64,000 nucleotides of DNA from a bacterium (GTDB lineage: Bacteria > Patescibacteriota > Microgenomatia > Levybacterales > UBA12049). A model generated the notes under the pieces. That model was not told the origin of the DNA and made no database searches. It saw only the letters and a program-made list of their open reading frames with translations. Location: the NCBI GenBank assembly GCA_021777565.1, contig JAJYDJ010000002.1:133082-197081 (forward strand), in the 5' to 3' direction. The position numbers were made by a program, and so were the translations under genes. Numbering within the stretch: position 1 is the stretch's first letter; each line of letters starts with the position of its first letter. Shown in pieces: positions 26,120 through 36,127 of the stretch.

Positions 26120-27238
26120 ATGATAGCAACATTAGCCACTGTATTTCTTTTTTCCTTAGGCATGTCCTTTATATTAACGAAGTATTCAATACCGTTTTTT
26201 TATAAAATAAAGCTTCTGGATGACCCACGAACACATAAACATCCAGCTATTTTACATACGACCCCAACTCCTAGAAGTGGTGGAGTACCACTGTTTTTGG
26301 CTATATGGACCGCAGCTATTTTTTTCGTACCTCACTCACCTATTGTTTTTGGATTGTTTTTGGCATCGTTAGTTGCGGCAGTAGTTGGTGTTATTGATGA
26401 CAGGTATGATCTCTCTCCGCTTCTCAGATTTGGCATAAATATCCTGTGTGTGATCATTGTTATTCTCTTTGGTATCCAAATACCCTTTATCACGTATCCT
26501 TTGCAAGGTATAGTTGGACAAGGGTCTCCAATATGGCATCTTTTTGCCTATCCCTATGATGGCATCCTCCATCTTGATAGAGCACTCATGTCATTTCACA
26601 TTATGGGGATCACACTCTCTCTCACGCTGGCCCATATTATTACCATTTTATGGGTTGTATGGTTGATGAACATGTTGAATTGGAGTAAAGGCGTCGATGG
26701 ACAAATGCCTGGTACAGTGGCAATTGCAGCAATCATTATTGGCATTTTAAGTTTGCGCTTTCCGTATTCTGAACCTCACACACAACTTGCTGCAGTATTA
26801 TCTTTTGCCATTGCAGGGGCATCTCTTGGATTTTTGCCATTTAATTTCCCGCCAGCAAAAATTTATCCAGGGTATAGTACAACCGCAATGTATTTTCTCC
26901 TAGCCTGCGTATCATTTTTGGCGTCAGTAAAGTTAGCAACAGCAATTCTTGTCCTTGCGGTTCCCTTTGTTGATGGTATGGTCACGGTACTGAGAAGAGT
27001 ATTAACAGGACATTCACCTGTCAGGGGGGATAAAAGGCATGCGCATCATTTACTTATGGCCATAGGGCTGAAGAAATATCAAATAGTTTTAATATATTGG
27101 ACTATCTCGATCATCCTTGGAATAGGGTCACTATTTTTAAGCAGTACAGGTAAGCTCTTTGCAATAGGGATGGTAATTGCTATTATAGGAGGGGGGATTT
27201 GTTATTTATTGATCCTGACGAGAAAAACTGATGCTTGA
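26120..27238 (+). CDS. polyprenyl-phosphate sugar-1-phosphate transferase (MraY/WecA family)
   Basis: VVGVIDDRYDLSPLLRFG and NMLNWSKGVDGQM are the MraY/WecA D-D and NxxNxxDGxDG motifs. Ten or more TM helices. Confidence 0.8.
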   Translation: MIATLATVFLFSLGMSFILTKYSIPFFYKIKLLDDPRTHKHPAILHTTPTPRSGGVPLFLAIWTAAIFFVPHSPIVFGLFLASLVAAVVGVIDDRYDLSPLLRFGINILCVIIVILFGIQIPFITYPLQGIVGQGSPIWHLFAYPYDGILHLDRALMSFHIMGITLSLTLAHIITILWVVWLMNMLNWSKGVDGQMPGTVAIAAIIIGILSLRFPYSEPHTQLAAVLSFAIAGASLGFLPFNFPPAKIYPGYSTTAMYFLLACVSFLASVKLATAILVLAVPFVDGMVTVLRRVLTGHSPVRGDKRHAHHLLMAIGLKKYQIVLIYWTISIILGIGSLFLSSTGKLFAIGMVIAIIGGGICYLLILTRKTDA

Positions 27239-28172
27239 TTTTGTATTCCAGACAATTAAACTAATGCGTCCAAAACAATGGATGAAGAACTTCCTTGTCT
27301 ACGCATCAATCATTTTTACCGGTCAACTTTTTAACCCTATTGGCCTTTGGCAGGCGACACTCACATTTGTTATCTTCTGTTTCACTTCATCAGGGATCTA
27401 TATCATTAATGATTTACTTGATATCCAAAAGGATAGGAAACATCCCTTTAAGCGGTTTCGTCCACTTGCGAGTGGGAAGCTGCCCATATGGTTCGCGATC
27501 TCGGTTGCAGCAATTCTTCTTGGGGGAAGTCTGTATGCCAGTCTTTTCAGCGTATCGTTCTTCCTGGTAGTTGCCCTCTATGTAGGCATCCAGTTGTGTT
27601 ATTCACTCGTGTTCAAACACATTGAAGTAGTAGATATTCTGGTCCTTGCCTCAGGATATGTATTGAGAGCATATGGTGGAGAAGTTGCCACAAATTATCA
27701 TATGCCAGTGTGGCTTGCACTTACCATTGTTTCCCTGTCTCTGTTCCTAGCTGTTGGGAAGCGTAAAGGAGAGCTTACGCTCATTGGAAGTTTACCTGAG
27801 AAAGCAATTAAGGAAATCCGTCCAACACTCTCACATTACTCTGAGCAATTGTTAGATGTTTATGCGTCTATCTTTGCAACGGCGACATTCGTCTTTTACA
27901 CCCTTTTTACCTTTTTGGTTTCTCCGGGTGGTGGAAAAATTACTATTGATGTCCTCCTGCCAGATTATTTACCCTCGTTCTTTCAAAGAAAATGGTTGAT
28001 GCTAACCATCCTGCCTGTTATCTACGGTTTGATGCGTTATCTGCAGGATATTTATGAGAAACATGAAGGCGAGAGTCCAGAAAAAGTTTTCTTAGCAGAT
28101 AAACCATTGATTATTGCCGTTGCGGTTTGGGCGATTCTTGTGATTGCTATTATTTATTTTGTCCAGGCGTAG
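27231..28172 (+). CDS. UbiA-family prenyl-phosphate phosphoribosyltransferase, homolog of decaprenyl-phosphate 5-phosphoribosyltransferase (Rv3806c-like)
   Basis: RPKQWMKN, NDLLDIQKDRKHPFKRFRPLASG, GYVLRAYGGEVAT and LAVGKRKGEL closely parallel the mycobacterial Rv3806c (DPPR synthase) blocks as I recall them. Confidence 0.8.
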   Translation: MLDFVFQTIKLMRPKQWMKNFLVYASIIFTGQLFNPIGLWQATLTFVIFCFTSSGIYIINDLLDIQKDRKHPFKRFRPLASGKLPIWFAISVAAILLGGSLYASLFSVSFFLVVALYVGIQLCYSLVFKHIEVVDILVLASGYVLRAYGGEVATNYHMPVWLALTIVSLSLFLAVGKRKGELTLIGSLPEKAIKEIRPTLSHYSEQLLDVYASIFATATFVFYTLFTFLVSPGGGKITIDVLLPDYLPSFFQRKWLMLTILPVIYGLMRYLQDIYEKHEGESPEKVFLADKPLIIAVAVWAILVIAIIYFVQA

Positions 28173-29025
28173 TCTTCTTCACGTACTGGCTGCTGACCCA
28201 CCCACTGGTACTCGCAGTAAGAGTAATCTCTGTCCATCCTGATTTTTCATCGAGATATGGATATGTCTCTCCTGGTTTTACTTGCCCAACTTCTTGGCTT
28301 GCAATGCTTGGAGATTGTCTGACTCGTAAGAATCCCGTTGGTGTCTGCAATATCGTTACAGTGTTGGCACTCGGAGTGGGTGTCGGTGATAGACCTGGAG
28401 ATGGAGAAGCCACGGGACTTCCTATTGTCTGTGCACTCAAGTCGACGGGAAGTGTCACATTGGCAACCAAGCGATATCCCTTCACTGCGTGGATGCGGAT
28501 GGTAGTAGGTGCATACCCATCTTTAGTAAACGTTAACTCATGATCGGATTCACTGACATTTGACAAGGTGAGTGGGGTCTGGCCCTGATTGGTATTATCC
28601 AGCGCGACATCTGTCCCGACGGGGAACGAAATAGCATCTACCTCGGCATTTGATCCGCCAATCTTTGTAAGGGTAATGACACTCCCCTTTACTTTATCAA
28701 TACTTCCAAAGGTCCGGTCAACGACTGTAATGGTTGATGGATTAATAGTTATTTTCTCCTCATACGGATCACTGCCATCGGTCGGGACAAGTTTAATAGT
28801 ATAGTCCCCAACAGGAATCATCTGATTCTGGTCACACTTGCATAGTGGCGTGCTTCCAATTTGTTGCCCATTAAGAAATACGGTAGCGCCGGGGCTACTG
28901 GTTACTTGCAAAGCACCCTTGGTATTATCCTTAAATACGAAGGTGACAAGAAGTACATAGACGCCAACTGCTGTGATGAGCGCAGAGAGGACAAAGAGCA
29001 CTTTTCGCATATCATCATCATACAT
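28150..29025 (-). CDS. PEGA-domain surface protein with an N-terminal membrane anchor and a C-terminal SH3-like domain
   Basis: An N-terminal TM, VTSSPGATVFLNGQQIGSTP (PEGA-like), a Pro/Ser/Thr linker and a C-terminal GETYPYLDEKSGWTEI (SH3b-like). Confidence 0.6.
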   Translation of the reverse strand: MYDDDMRKVLFVLSALITAVGVYVLLVTFVFKDNTKGALQVTSSPGATVFLNGQQIGSTPLCKCDQNQMIPVGDYTIKLVPTDGSDPYEEKITINPSTITVVDRTFGSIDKVKGSVITLTKIGGSNAEVDAISFPVGTDVALDNTNQGQTPLTLSNVSESDHELTFTKDGYAPTTIRIHAVKGYRLVANVTLPVDLSAQTIGSPVASPSPGLSPTPTPSANTVTILQTPTGFLRVRQSPSIASQEVGQVKPGETYPYLDEKSGWTEITLTASTSGWVSSQYVKKTTPGQNK

Positions 29026-29052
29026 GGGAGAGCCACTCTGAGCAAGCGGATG

Positions 29053-29544
29053 TCAGTTCAAAACGACAATTGCGATATTAAGAATAGTAGCAAAACTTAC
29101 CCATAGAAAGTAGGGAATAAGTAAAATGAATGCGGTCTTACTCACTGGATAAAACGTTCGCATGGTGATGACAATAAGTGTAAGTAAAACAACAATAATA
29201 AATAAGCCCAGGAGTGGACTTCTCATGCCAAAAAAGACAGCAGACCATAGAAAATTCACGGCAAGTTGTGCAAGGAAGAAAGAAAATGCAATTTTGACTG
29301 ATTTTTTGTGCAACCCTTTCACCCACACAAACCCCAGAGCAATTCCCATGAGTGCGTACAAAAGTGTCCATACTGGGCCAAAAATCCAATTGGCAGGAGT
29401 AAAGGGTGGCTTATGAAGTGTCTGGTACCAGGTGGGAATACTCGCAAGGGTAAAAGGCGTGCTCGCAAGTCCCACGAATTCACTCAGGAGTACGCCATAG
29501 AAACTTTTTACCAGATACTTCATACCATTTTTAGTATGTGACAA
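29053..29544 (-). CDS. tspO: TspO/MBR family tryptophan-rich sensory protein
   Basis: PPFTPANWIFGPVWTLLYALMG within a 5-TM, ~160-aa protein. Confidence 0.8.
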   Translation of the reverse strand: MSHTKNGMKYLVKSFYGVLLSEFVGLASTPFTLASIPTWYQTLHKPPFTPANWIFGPVWTLLYALMGIALGFVWVKGLHKKSVKIAFSFFLAQLAVNFLWSAVFFGMRSPLLGLFIIVVLLTLIVITMRTFYPVSKTAFILLIPYFLWVSFATILNIAIVVLN

Positions 29545-29570
29545 AGAAAAGGCTTCTGCAACAAGATAAA

Positions 29571-31118
29571 TTATCGGAAGCTGAGATCGGTAATCATGTT
29601 GGGATCAGAAGGGACCGAAATGTCGCTAGCATCAAGGGCATATTTTTCTACACGAAATCCGTTGGGGAAGGTCCAGGTCTGTATTGGTTGCTTGGTGATA
29701 TGTACTTTGTTGATAACCCACCAATCACCTTGAATGCCGTTACTTTTGCCTCCGGGAGGGGAAATCAAAAGATAGGTGATAGGTTTCTTCATGTACGCGT
29801 CTGCTTTCTGAAGAGGATGTTTGGTGGCAATAAAATGCATGGCATAGCGAGGACTGTACCCATATTCATCAGGAGAGAATATATAATACCCAAACTCTTT
29901 TTCGTTATCACCAAACACTTTTTCTGCAACGTGCTCATTAAATAACCAAGACCCTGTATCATATCCGACACTTGTTGGCACTGCATGCACATTTAGGTCA
30001 TAGATGGCAAGTGGATAGACGGCGATGATGATCGCTATCCAGAAAAAGATGCGCGCGACATACTTGCGAATTGAGAGGAGTACGAGTGCCGTGACCGGGA
30101 CAAATGGGGCATAGTAGTAGGACCAGACGACCCCACGATAGAGATAGGTGAGTGCAAAGTACCCAAGGAAGAGGTAGACAAAGAGTCGGTACTCAACCTC
30201 TCTCCCTTTCTCTGGTGTCCGCCATGCAAAGAGAAGAACGAAGAAGAAGAAAATGGTCGCAATGAGGTGGCTGTACCATGGTGTATAAGCAATAAAGGCA
30301 ATGGCATTGGTGAGGCTGTCATAGCGATTGCTCATAAAGCTTTTGGTATCAAATCCTTTCACACTCCCTGTGGCTCCATGGGCATAAGAAATAAGACTGT
30401 GGAGTTCAAGGAATTGGTGCCTTAGGTCAAAAAGAATATACGTAGAAAACGGAATCAAAAGAATAAGGTACGCAAGCAGATGAGAGAATTTTCTTGTTCG
30501 TAAAATGACTGCGAGGATGATAAGTGATGAGAGGAAAAGTATTGGTCCACCAAACGCAATTTGGAACTGGATCATGAGTCCACACAAAAATAGTGCACTT
30601 ATCAGGTATCTAAATTGTTTGTTTTGCAGATATCGTACTAGTAAATAAAAAAAGAGCGGGAATACCATGGTTGCTCCAAATGGATTAAAAAGTGCAGACA
30701 GAGAGTCAATCTGCACCAGCATGAATATCACTGCTGCCATGGCACCCGTATACTGATCAAATAGCTTTTTCCCAACCCAGAAGATAATGCCTGAGGTTAG
30801 GACTTCAAGAAAGATCCAGAAATAACCAACTACCAGAGGATCACCTCTGCCGATAACATAAGCAGGAAGATTGAGATACAACCACAACGGGCCATGGAAA
30901 ATGCCCGAGATACCACCTGATCGGGGTCCGATAAGGGGAAGCTTATGTGTTTGGACTGTCTGTTCCAAAAGGAGAAAATCACGCGCGATGTCAGTATTAA
31001 ATGACATGTCATGAAGGATGATAGGGGCGCTACTGGATAATAGTCCAAGAAGAAAGAGCGAAATAGTCAGTACCCAGAAGAGTTTTTGTAAGAAAGGTAT
31101 ATGAGACTCTGTCCCCAT
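29571..31118 (-). CDS. large polytopic membrane protein, probable GT-C-like glycosyltransferase with a C-terminal extracytoplasmic domain
   Basis: Eleven or more TM helices, then a ~120-aa soluble C-terminus. GPRSGGISGIFHGPLW sits in the first loop. Confidence 0.5.
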   Translation of the reverse strand: MGTESHIPFLQKLFWVLTISLFLLGLLSSSAPIILHDMSFNTDIARDFLLLEQTVQTHKLPLIGPRSGGISGIFHGPLWLYLNLPAYVIGRGDPLVVGYFWIFLEVLTSGIIFWVGKKLFDQYTGAMAAVIFMLVQIDSLSALFNPFGATMVFPLFFYLLVRYLQNKQFRYLISALFLCGLMIQFQIAFGGPILFLSSLIILAVILRTRKFSHLLAYLILLIPFSTYILFDLRHQFLELHSLISYAHGATGSVKGFDTKSFMSNRYDSLTNAIAFIAYTPWYSHLIATIFFFFVLLFAWRTPEKGREVEYRLFVYLFLGYFALTYLYRGVVWSYYYAPFVPVTALVLLSIRKYVARIFFWIAIIIAVYPLAIYDLNVHAVPTSVGYDTGSWLFNEHVAEKVFGDNEKEFGYYIFSPDEYGYSPRYAMHFIATKHPLQKADAYMKKPITYLLISPPGGKSNGIQGDWWVINKVHITKQPIQTWTFPNGFRVEKYALDASDISVPSDPNMITDLSFR

Positions 31119-31122
31119 ACTC

Positions 31123-32535
31123 TTATGATAGACGTGGGAAGAGTGCTTGACTACTAGTAATTTTCTCGGCAGTAAATTGATTTATGATCTTTTCAGCGGT
31201 CTCTGGGAGGAAAGGCTGGAGGCTATACGAAATGACAAGAATTTCATGAATATATTCACGCAGCTTCTCTGCAAGTTGGTCTCCCTCCAATTTCCAAGGG
31301 GTATCTGCGTTAATTTGTTTATCGACTTCACTTATTTTCTCCCAAAGCAAGGTAAGAGCCTCATTATACAGATACTTTTGCAAATGCTCGGTTATACCAG
31401 GGATAACTTCCTCAGGAAGTTTTTGCCCATCAAGTGATACTTTCTCACAGAGTTTTGCAACGCGTGCGACCAAATTCCCTAGTCCATTCGCTAGGTCGGA
31501 CGTGTACACTTCTTCAAGTTTTTTCATACTGATATCACTGTCATCCCAAGGGTTTACCTTGGCGAGAAGATAGTAGCGTAGTACATCAGTTCCATACTGC
31601 TCTGCGACTTCAATAGGATTAATGGTATTGCCAAGACTCTTACTAATTTTCTGTCCATTCAGAGTCAAAAAGCCGTGAATAAAAATTTGCTTTGAGGCAG
31701 GAACTCCTGCTGACATCAGCATAGCTTGCCACATGGCTGACTGTTGTCTGAGATTATCTTTGCCAGCAAATTGGGTAACTGGCCACCAGGTATTAAATTT
31801 CTCCATATCATCTGGCCAACCGATAGCAGAGATATAGTTAACCAGTGCATCAAACCACACGTACATAACATGTTCTTCGTCATCTGGTACTGGAATGCCC
31901 CATGGCATTTTAGACTTGAGACGGGAAATACTAAAATCTTGTAAGCCTCCCTCAACAAATGTCGTAATTTCTTTATATTTGGTAGCAGGAATCACAAATT
32001 CAGGATGGTCTTTATAAAAGGCAAGAAGTGGCGCCTGATATTTGGAAAATCGGAAGAAATAATTTTCTTCCTCACGAATCTCGAGTTCCTTATTTGGATG
32101 CAGTGGGCACTTCCCATCTACCAGTTCAGAATCAGTCTTCTCAAGCTCGCATCCGACACAGTATTTAATCTGGTATTGTTTCTTATAGATATCATCATTT
32201 GCCTTGCATCTCTTCCAAAATTCTTGTGCAGCCATCTCATGATGAGGATCAGTCGTGCGAATGAAGCTGTTATAGCTTAGATTGAGTGCATTTTTTAGTG
32301 CATCAAATTTTGCGGCGTACTCATCGCAATATTCTTTGGGAGTTTGATTGTTCTTAAGAGCAGCTTCATAGATTTTTTGTCCGTGCTCATCTGTCCCGAA
32401 ATTAAAGAAGACCTCATCACCCAAAAGTCTGTGGAGTCGGGCCGTCGCATCTGCCTGGATAATTTCGAGAGCAAATCCAATGTGAGGCTCAGCATTGACG
32501 TAGGGAAGTGTTGTCGTCAAGTAAAATTTGTTCAT
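31123..32535 (-). CDS. metG: methionine--tRNA ligase (short form)
   Basis: PYVNAEPHIGFA (HIGH), KISKSLGN (KMSKS), a Cys-containing zinc knuckle CVGCELE...CPLH, 470 aa. Confidence 0.9.
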   Translation of the reverse strand: MNKFYLTTTLPYVNAEPHIGFALEIIQADATARLHRLLGDEVFFNFGTDEHGQKIYEAALKNNQTPKEYCDEYAAKFDALKNALNLSYNSFIRTTDPHHEMAAQEFWKRCKANDDIYKKQYQIKYCVGCELEKTDSELVDGKCPLHPNKELEIREEENYFFRFSKYQAPLLAFYKDHPEFVIPATKYKEITTFVEGGLQDFSISRLKSKMPWGIPVPDDEEHVMYVWFDALVNYISAIGWPDDMEKFNTWWPVTQFAGKDNLRQQSAMWQAMLMSAGVPASKQIFIHGFLTLNGQKISKSLGNTINPIEVAEQYGTDVLRYYLLAKVNPWDDSDISMKKLEEVYTSDLANGLGNLVARVAKLCEKVSLDGQKLPEEVIPGITEHLQKYLYNEALTLLWEKISEVDKQINADTPWKLEGDQLAEKLREYIHEILVISYSLQPFLPETAEKIINQFTAEKITSSQALFPRLS

Positions 32536-32544
32536 AGCCTCATT

Positions 32545-32913
32545 TTAGCTTTGATAGAGTAAAACTTCAAGCAGCACGAAAAGAAGGGCTAAAAAGAGAG
32601 TGAAAAACCATGAGGTAATGCCTAAAAAATGTAGGAGGAGAAACATACAAACAACACCACTTACCAGAAGTCCTTGGAGGATGCGGCGCGAAATACTACT
32701 TACCAGTGAAAAAAGCGCAAGAGCGAGAAGAAAGATGGCAATATAGGTGACAGGGATGGTAACGGTACTGACATGATAGATCGTGGTTGGTGCTATGGAG
32801 AAAAAGATATAGAGGAATCCTGCGCCCGAGAGAAGTCCCAGGAGAAATACAGAAAGTCTGATGATGCGCCGCTGCATGAATCTACTATGACAGCCAAGAA
32901 GACCCCTTGACAA
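32545..32913 (-). CDS. small membrane protein (3 TM), hypothetical
   Basis: A 122-aa hydrophobic ORF downstream of metG. Confidence 0.45.
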   Translation of the reverse strand: MSRGLLGCHSRFMQRRIIRLSVFLLGLLSGAGFLYIFFSIAPTTIYHVSTVTIPVTYIAIFLLALALFSLVSSISRRILQGLLVSGVVCMFLLLHFLGITSWFFTLFLALLFVLLEVLLYQS

Positions 32914-32916
32914 GTA

Positions 32917-32943
32917 TTAGCAGTCATGGTACTTTATTGCTAA
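32917..32943 (+). promoter_or_regulatory. CIRCE-like inverted repeat (TTAGCAGTC-N9-TATTGCTAA) overlapping the hrcA promoter
   Basis: It compares with the CIRCE consensus TTAGCACTC-N9-GAGTGCTAA. TTGACA and TGgTACTTT boxes flank it, and it ends 5 nt before the hrcA ATG. Confidence 0.5.
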
Positions 32944-32947
32944 TACT

Positions 32948-33676
32948 ATGTATAACCTGACGCAAAGACAGATCCAAATCTTGAAAAGTCTGATTGAGGA
33001 ATACATCCAGACCGCGATGCCTGTGGGATCAGAAACCTTGGAGAAAAAACATAGTCTCACGGCGTCCCCTGCAACCATTCGTAACGAAATGATGAAACTT
33101 GAAGAACTGGGGTATTTGAAAAAACCTCACACCAGTGCTGGCCGTATCCCAACACCAATGGCGATGAGATTTTATGTGAATCAACAACTTAAGGAAAAAG
33201 AATTAACGGTCGCAGAAGAAGTCGCGATGAAAGAGAGGGTCTGGGACTATCGTGAAGAAGAAAATAGGTTTTTCCGTATGGCAGTGAAGGCACTTGCTGA
33301 AAAAACAAAGACACTCGCTATTGCCGTGACTGAAGATGGGGATGTCTTTACCTCAGGATATGCCAACCTTTTGGAAATGCCAGAATTTTTTGAAATAGAT
33401 GTTGCTCGTGAACTACTTGTCGCACTTGATGAATACGATATGCTTTCAACCCTTTTTGCGACCAAGCAAGATGGAGATATTTGTATTCTTTTGGGCGAGG
33501 AGATGGGTCCACGACTTAGCGGTCCATACAGCTGTGTCTTTACCCATTTCACTACCCCTATGCAGACACGTGGTGAGATTGGTGTTATTGGCCCAACAAG
33601 ACTAAACTATATGTATGTTATTCCAACAGTCCGGTATTTTGGAAACCTTGTCGAGCAAGTAGCAAAGGGTTGGTAA
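32948..33676 (+). CDS. hrcA: heat-inducible transcription repressor HrcA (short form)
   Basis: The N-terminal wHTH LTQRQIQILKSLIEEYIQTAMPVGSETL is the HrcA signature. It sits upstream of grpE-dnaK-dnaJ. Confidence 0.85.
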   Translation: MYNLTQRQIQILKSLIEEYIQTAMPVGSETLEKKHSLTASPATIRNEMMKLEELGYLKKPHTSAGRIPTPMAMRFYVNQQLKEKELTVAEEVAMKERVWDYREEENRFFRMAVKALAEKTKTLAIAVTEDGDVFTSGYANLLEMPEFFEIDVARELLVALDEYDMLSTLFATKQDGDICILLGEEMGPRLSGPYSCVFTHFTTPMQTRGEIGVIGPTRLNYMYVIPTVRYFGNLVEQVAKGW

Positions 33677-33679
33677 CAT

Positions 33680-34171
33680 ATGGGAGTAAAAGCAGACACT
33701 CAGGAAGAAATCGAGGAACAAGTGGAAGAAACGTTGGAAGAAGAAAAGCCAACTGACGAACTGGTACATTTACAAGAAAAATTAGTAGAGGCAGAAGATA
33801 AATACAAAAGGGCACTGGCTGATTATCAAAATCTGGAACGGCACATGGCAAGTCAGAAAAGTGCATGGGCCAGACAATCAGCAAAGCAAATAGTCTTGAA
33901 ATTGTTGCCTGTTTTGGATACACTTTTGTTGGTATACAAGCATACGAATGATGAAGGAGTAAACCTCGTCATCAAAGACTTTTTAAAAATCTTGGATGAA
34001 GAGGGTGTGAGTAGGATCGAAACCGTTGGAAAGTCTTTTGATCCACATTCGATGGATTGTATAACAACACAAGAAGGGAAAAATGACATGGTTCTGGAGG
34101 AAGTACGCTCAGGCTTTATGCTTGATGGACAAGTTCTCCGTCCAGCACAAGTCATTGTAGGAAAGGAATAA
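33680..34171 (+). CDS. grpE: nucleotide exchange factor GrpE
   Basis: A coiled-coil N-terminus with DYQNLERH (the GrpE motif region) and a C-terminal beta-domain. It lies in the hrcA-grpE-dnaK-dnaJ order. Confidence 0.85.
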   Translation: MGVKADTQEEIEEQVEETLEEEKPTDELVHLQEKLVEAEDKYKRALADYQNLERHMASQKSAWARQSAKQIVLKLLPVLDTLLLVYKHTNDEGVNLVIKDFLKILDEEGVSRIETVGKSFDPHSMDCITTQEGKNDMVLEEVRSGFMLDGQVLRPAQVIVGKE

Positions 34172-34177
34172 AAATAT

Positions 34178-36073
34178 ATGGCAAAAATTATTGGAATTGA
34201 TTTAGGAACAACAAATTCATGTGTAGCAGTCATGGAAGGTGGCTCACCAAAAGTGATTCACTCGGCTGAAGGGCGCAATGTCATCCCGTCAGTCGTAGAT
34301 CCAAAGACACACGTGGTTGGTGACGTGGCAAAGCGCCAAATGGTTTTGAAGCCACTTGAGACCATTTACTCAATTAAGCGTCTCATGGGTCGCAAATTCT
34401 CTGATCCATCAGTGCAGCGAGACATGAAGTTGCTGCCGTACAAAATTAAAGCAGGAAGAGATGATATGGCCGTAGTTGAGGTGGATGGCAAAGACTATAC
34501 CCCACAAGAAGTCTCAGCAATGATCTTACAAAAAATCAAAGCAGATGCTGAGGCGTATCTGGGAGATAAAGTAACCCAAGCAGTTATCACGGTGCCAGCA
34601 TATTTTGACGACTCCGAGCGCCAGGCCACCAAACAAGCTGGAGAAGTGGCTGGACTTGAAGTACTTCGTATTATTAATGAGCCTACCGCAGCGGCACTTG
34701 CTTATGGTCTTGATAAGAAAAACGCACACACGATCGCGGTCTATGACTTGGGTGGTGGAACATTTGATATCTCTATCCTTGAACTTGGAGATGGCGTGTA
34801 TGAAGTAAAATCAACCAATGGTGACACCCACCTGGGTGGCGATGATTTCGACCAGGTCATTATTGACTACATCGCTGAAGAATTCCAAAAAGAAAATGGC
34901 ATTGACCTAAGAAAAGATGCGCAGGCACTGCAGCGACTAAAGGAATCAGCAGAAAAAGCAAAGATCGAACTCTCATCTTCTCAAGAAGCACAAATTAATC
35001 AGCCATTTATTACGCAAGGGGCAAATGGACCATTGCATCTGACAATGACATTTACTCGAGCAAAGCTTGAGCAGATCGTTGATCCACTCATCCAGAAGAC
35101 ACTTTCCCCTGTTCAAAAAGCATTGGATGACGCCAAAGCCACAGTCAGTAATATCGATGAAATCGTCTTGGTTGGTGGCATGACTCGTATGCCAAAAGTG
35201 ATCGAGACGGTGACTAAATTCTTTGGCAAAGAGCCTAACAAATCAGTGAACCCTGATGAAGTGGTAGCCGTTGGTGCAGCAGTACAAGGTGGCGTGCTTT
35301 CAGGAGAGGTGAAGGATGTCCTTCTTCTTGACGTAACACCATTGACGCTTGGCCTTGAAACCTTGGGTGGTGTCTCTACCCCACTTATTGCACGTAACAC
35401 CACTATCCCAACGAGTAAATCTCAAGTATTCTCAACTGCCGCAGATAACCAGACTTCAGTTGAAATTAACGTACTACAAGGTGAGCGTCCAATGGCAACA
35501 GATAACAAATCTTTGGGTCGTTTTATCCTGGATGGTATCCCACCAGCGCCACGTGGCGTACCACAAGTAGAAGTAACTTTTGATATCGACGCCAGTGGTA
35601 TCGTGACTGTTAAGGCTAAAGATAAAGCCAGTGGCAAAGAGCAGTCCATCAAGATCACCGGCAGTACAGGGTTATCCAAAGATGAGATTGAAAAGATGAC
35701 CAAAGAAGCCGAAGCGCATGCCACAGAAGATGCAGCCAAGAAGGATCGTATCGAAGCTCGTAATATGGCAGACAGTCTTATCTTTACTGCAGAGAAAGCC
35801 CTCAAGGATGCAGGAGATAAAGTCCCTGCTGAGATAAAGACTGAGGTCGAAGGAAAAGTAAGTGAGCTTAAGGGCATGCTTGAGACAGGGAGCAAAGAGG
35901 ATCTAGAAGCCAAATCCAAAGAACTTTCTGAGTCAATGCAGAAGATCGGCAGCGCTGCCTATGGTACGCCAGAAGGGCAACAGCCAGGTCCTCAAGAGGA
36001 AGAAATTGAATCCAAAGAAGAAGATGGTAAAACTGATACACAAGGAGCCCAAGAAGGAGAAGTGGTTAACTAA
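34178..36073 (+). CDS. dnaK: molecular chaperone DnaK (Hsp70)
   Basis: [22 protein letters not shown] and [10 protein letters not shown]. Confidence 0.95.
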   Translation: MAKIIGIDLGTTNSCVAVMEGGSPKVIHSAEGRNVIPSVVDPKTHVVGDVAKRQMVLKPLETIYSIKRLMGRKFSDPSVQRDMKLLPYKIKAGRDDMAVVEVDGKDYTPQEVSAMILQKIKADAEAYLGDKVTQAVITVPAYFDDSERQATKQAGEVAGLEVLRIINEPTAAALAYGLDKKNAHTIAVYDLGGGTFDISILELGDGVYEVKSTNGDTHLGGDDFDQVIIDYIAEEFQKENGIDLRKDAQALQRLKESAEKAKIELSSSQEAQINQPFITQGANGPLHLTMTFTRAKLEQIVDPLIQKTLSPVQKALDDAKATVSNIDEIVLVGGMTRMPKVIETVTKFFGKEPNKSVNPDEVVAVGAAVQGGVLSGEVKDVLLLDVTPLTLGLETLGGVSTPLIARNTTIPTSKSQVFSTAADNQTSVEINVLQGERPMATDNKSLGRFILDGIPPAPRGVPQVEVTFDIDASGIVTVKAKDKASGKEQSIKITGSTGLSKDEIEKMTKEAEAHATEDAAKKDRIEARNMADSLIFTAEKALKDAGDKVPAEIKTEVEGKVSELKGMLETGSKEDLEAKSKELSESMQKIGSAAYGTPEGQQPGPQEEEIESKEEDGKTDTQGAQEGEVVN

Positions 36074-36098
36074 CTTGAGTCTCTCTTCCCCCTCTCTT

Positions 36099-36121
36099 GA
36101 GCGCATGAGAGCGCTTTTTTA
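36099..36121 (+). terminator. weak intrinsic terminator/attenuator between dnaK and dnaJ (GAGCGC-atgaga-GCGCTT + T6)
   Basis: A 6-bp stem with one G-U pair, followed by tttttt. Confidence 0.4.
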
Positions 36122-36127
36122 ATATAT

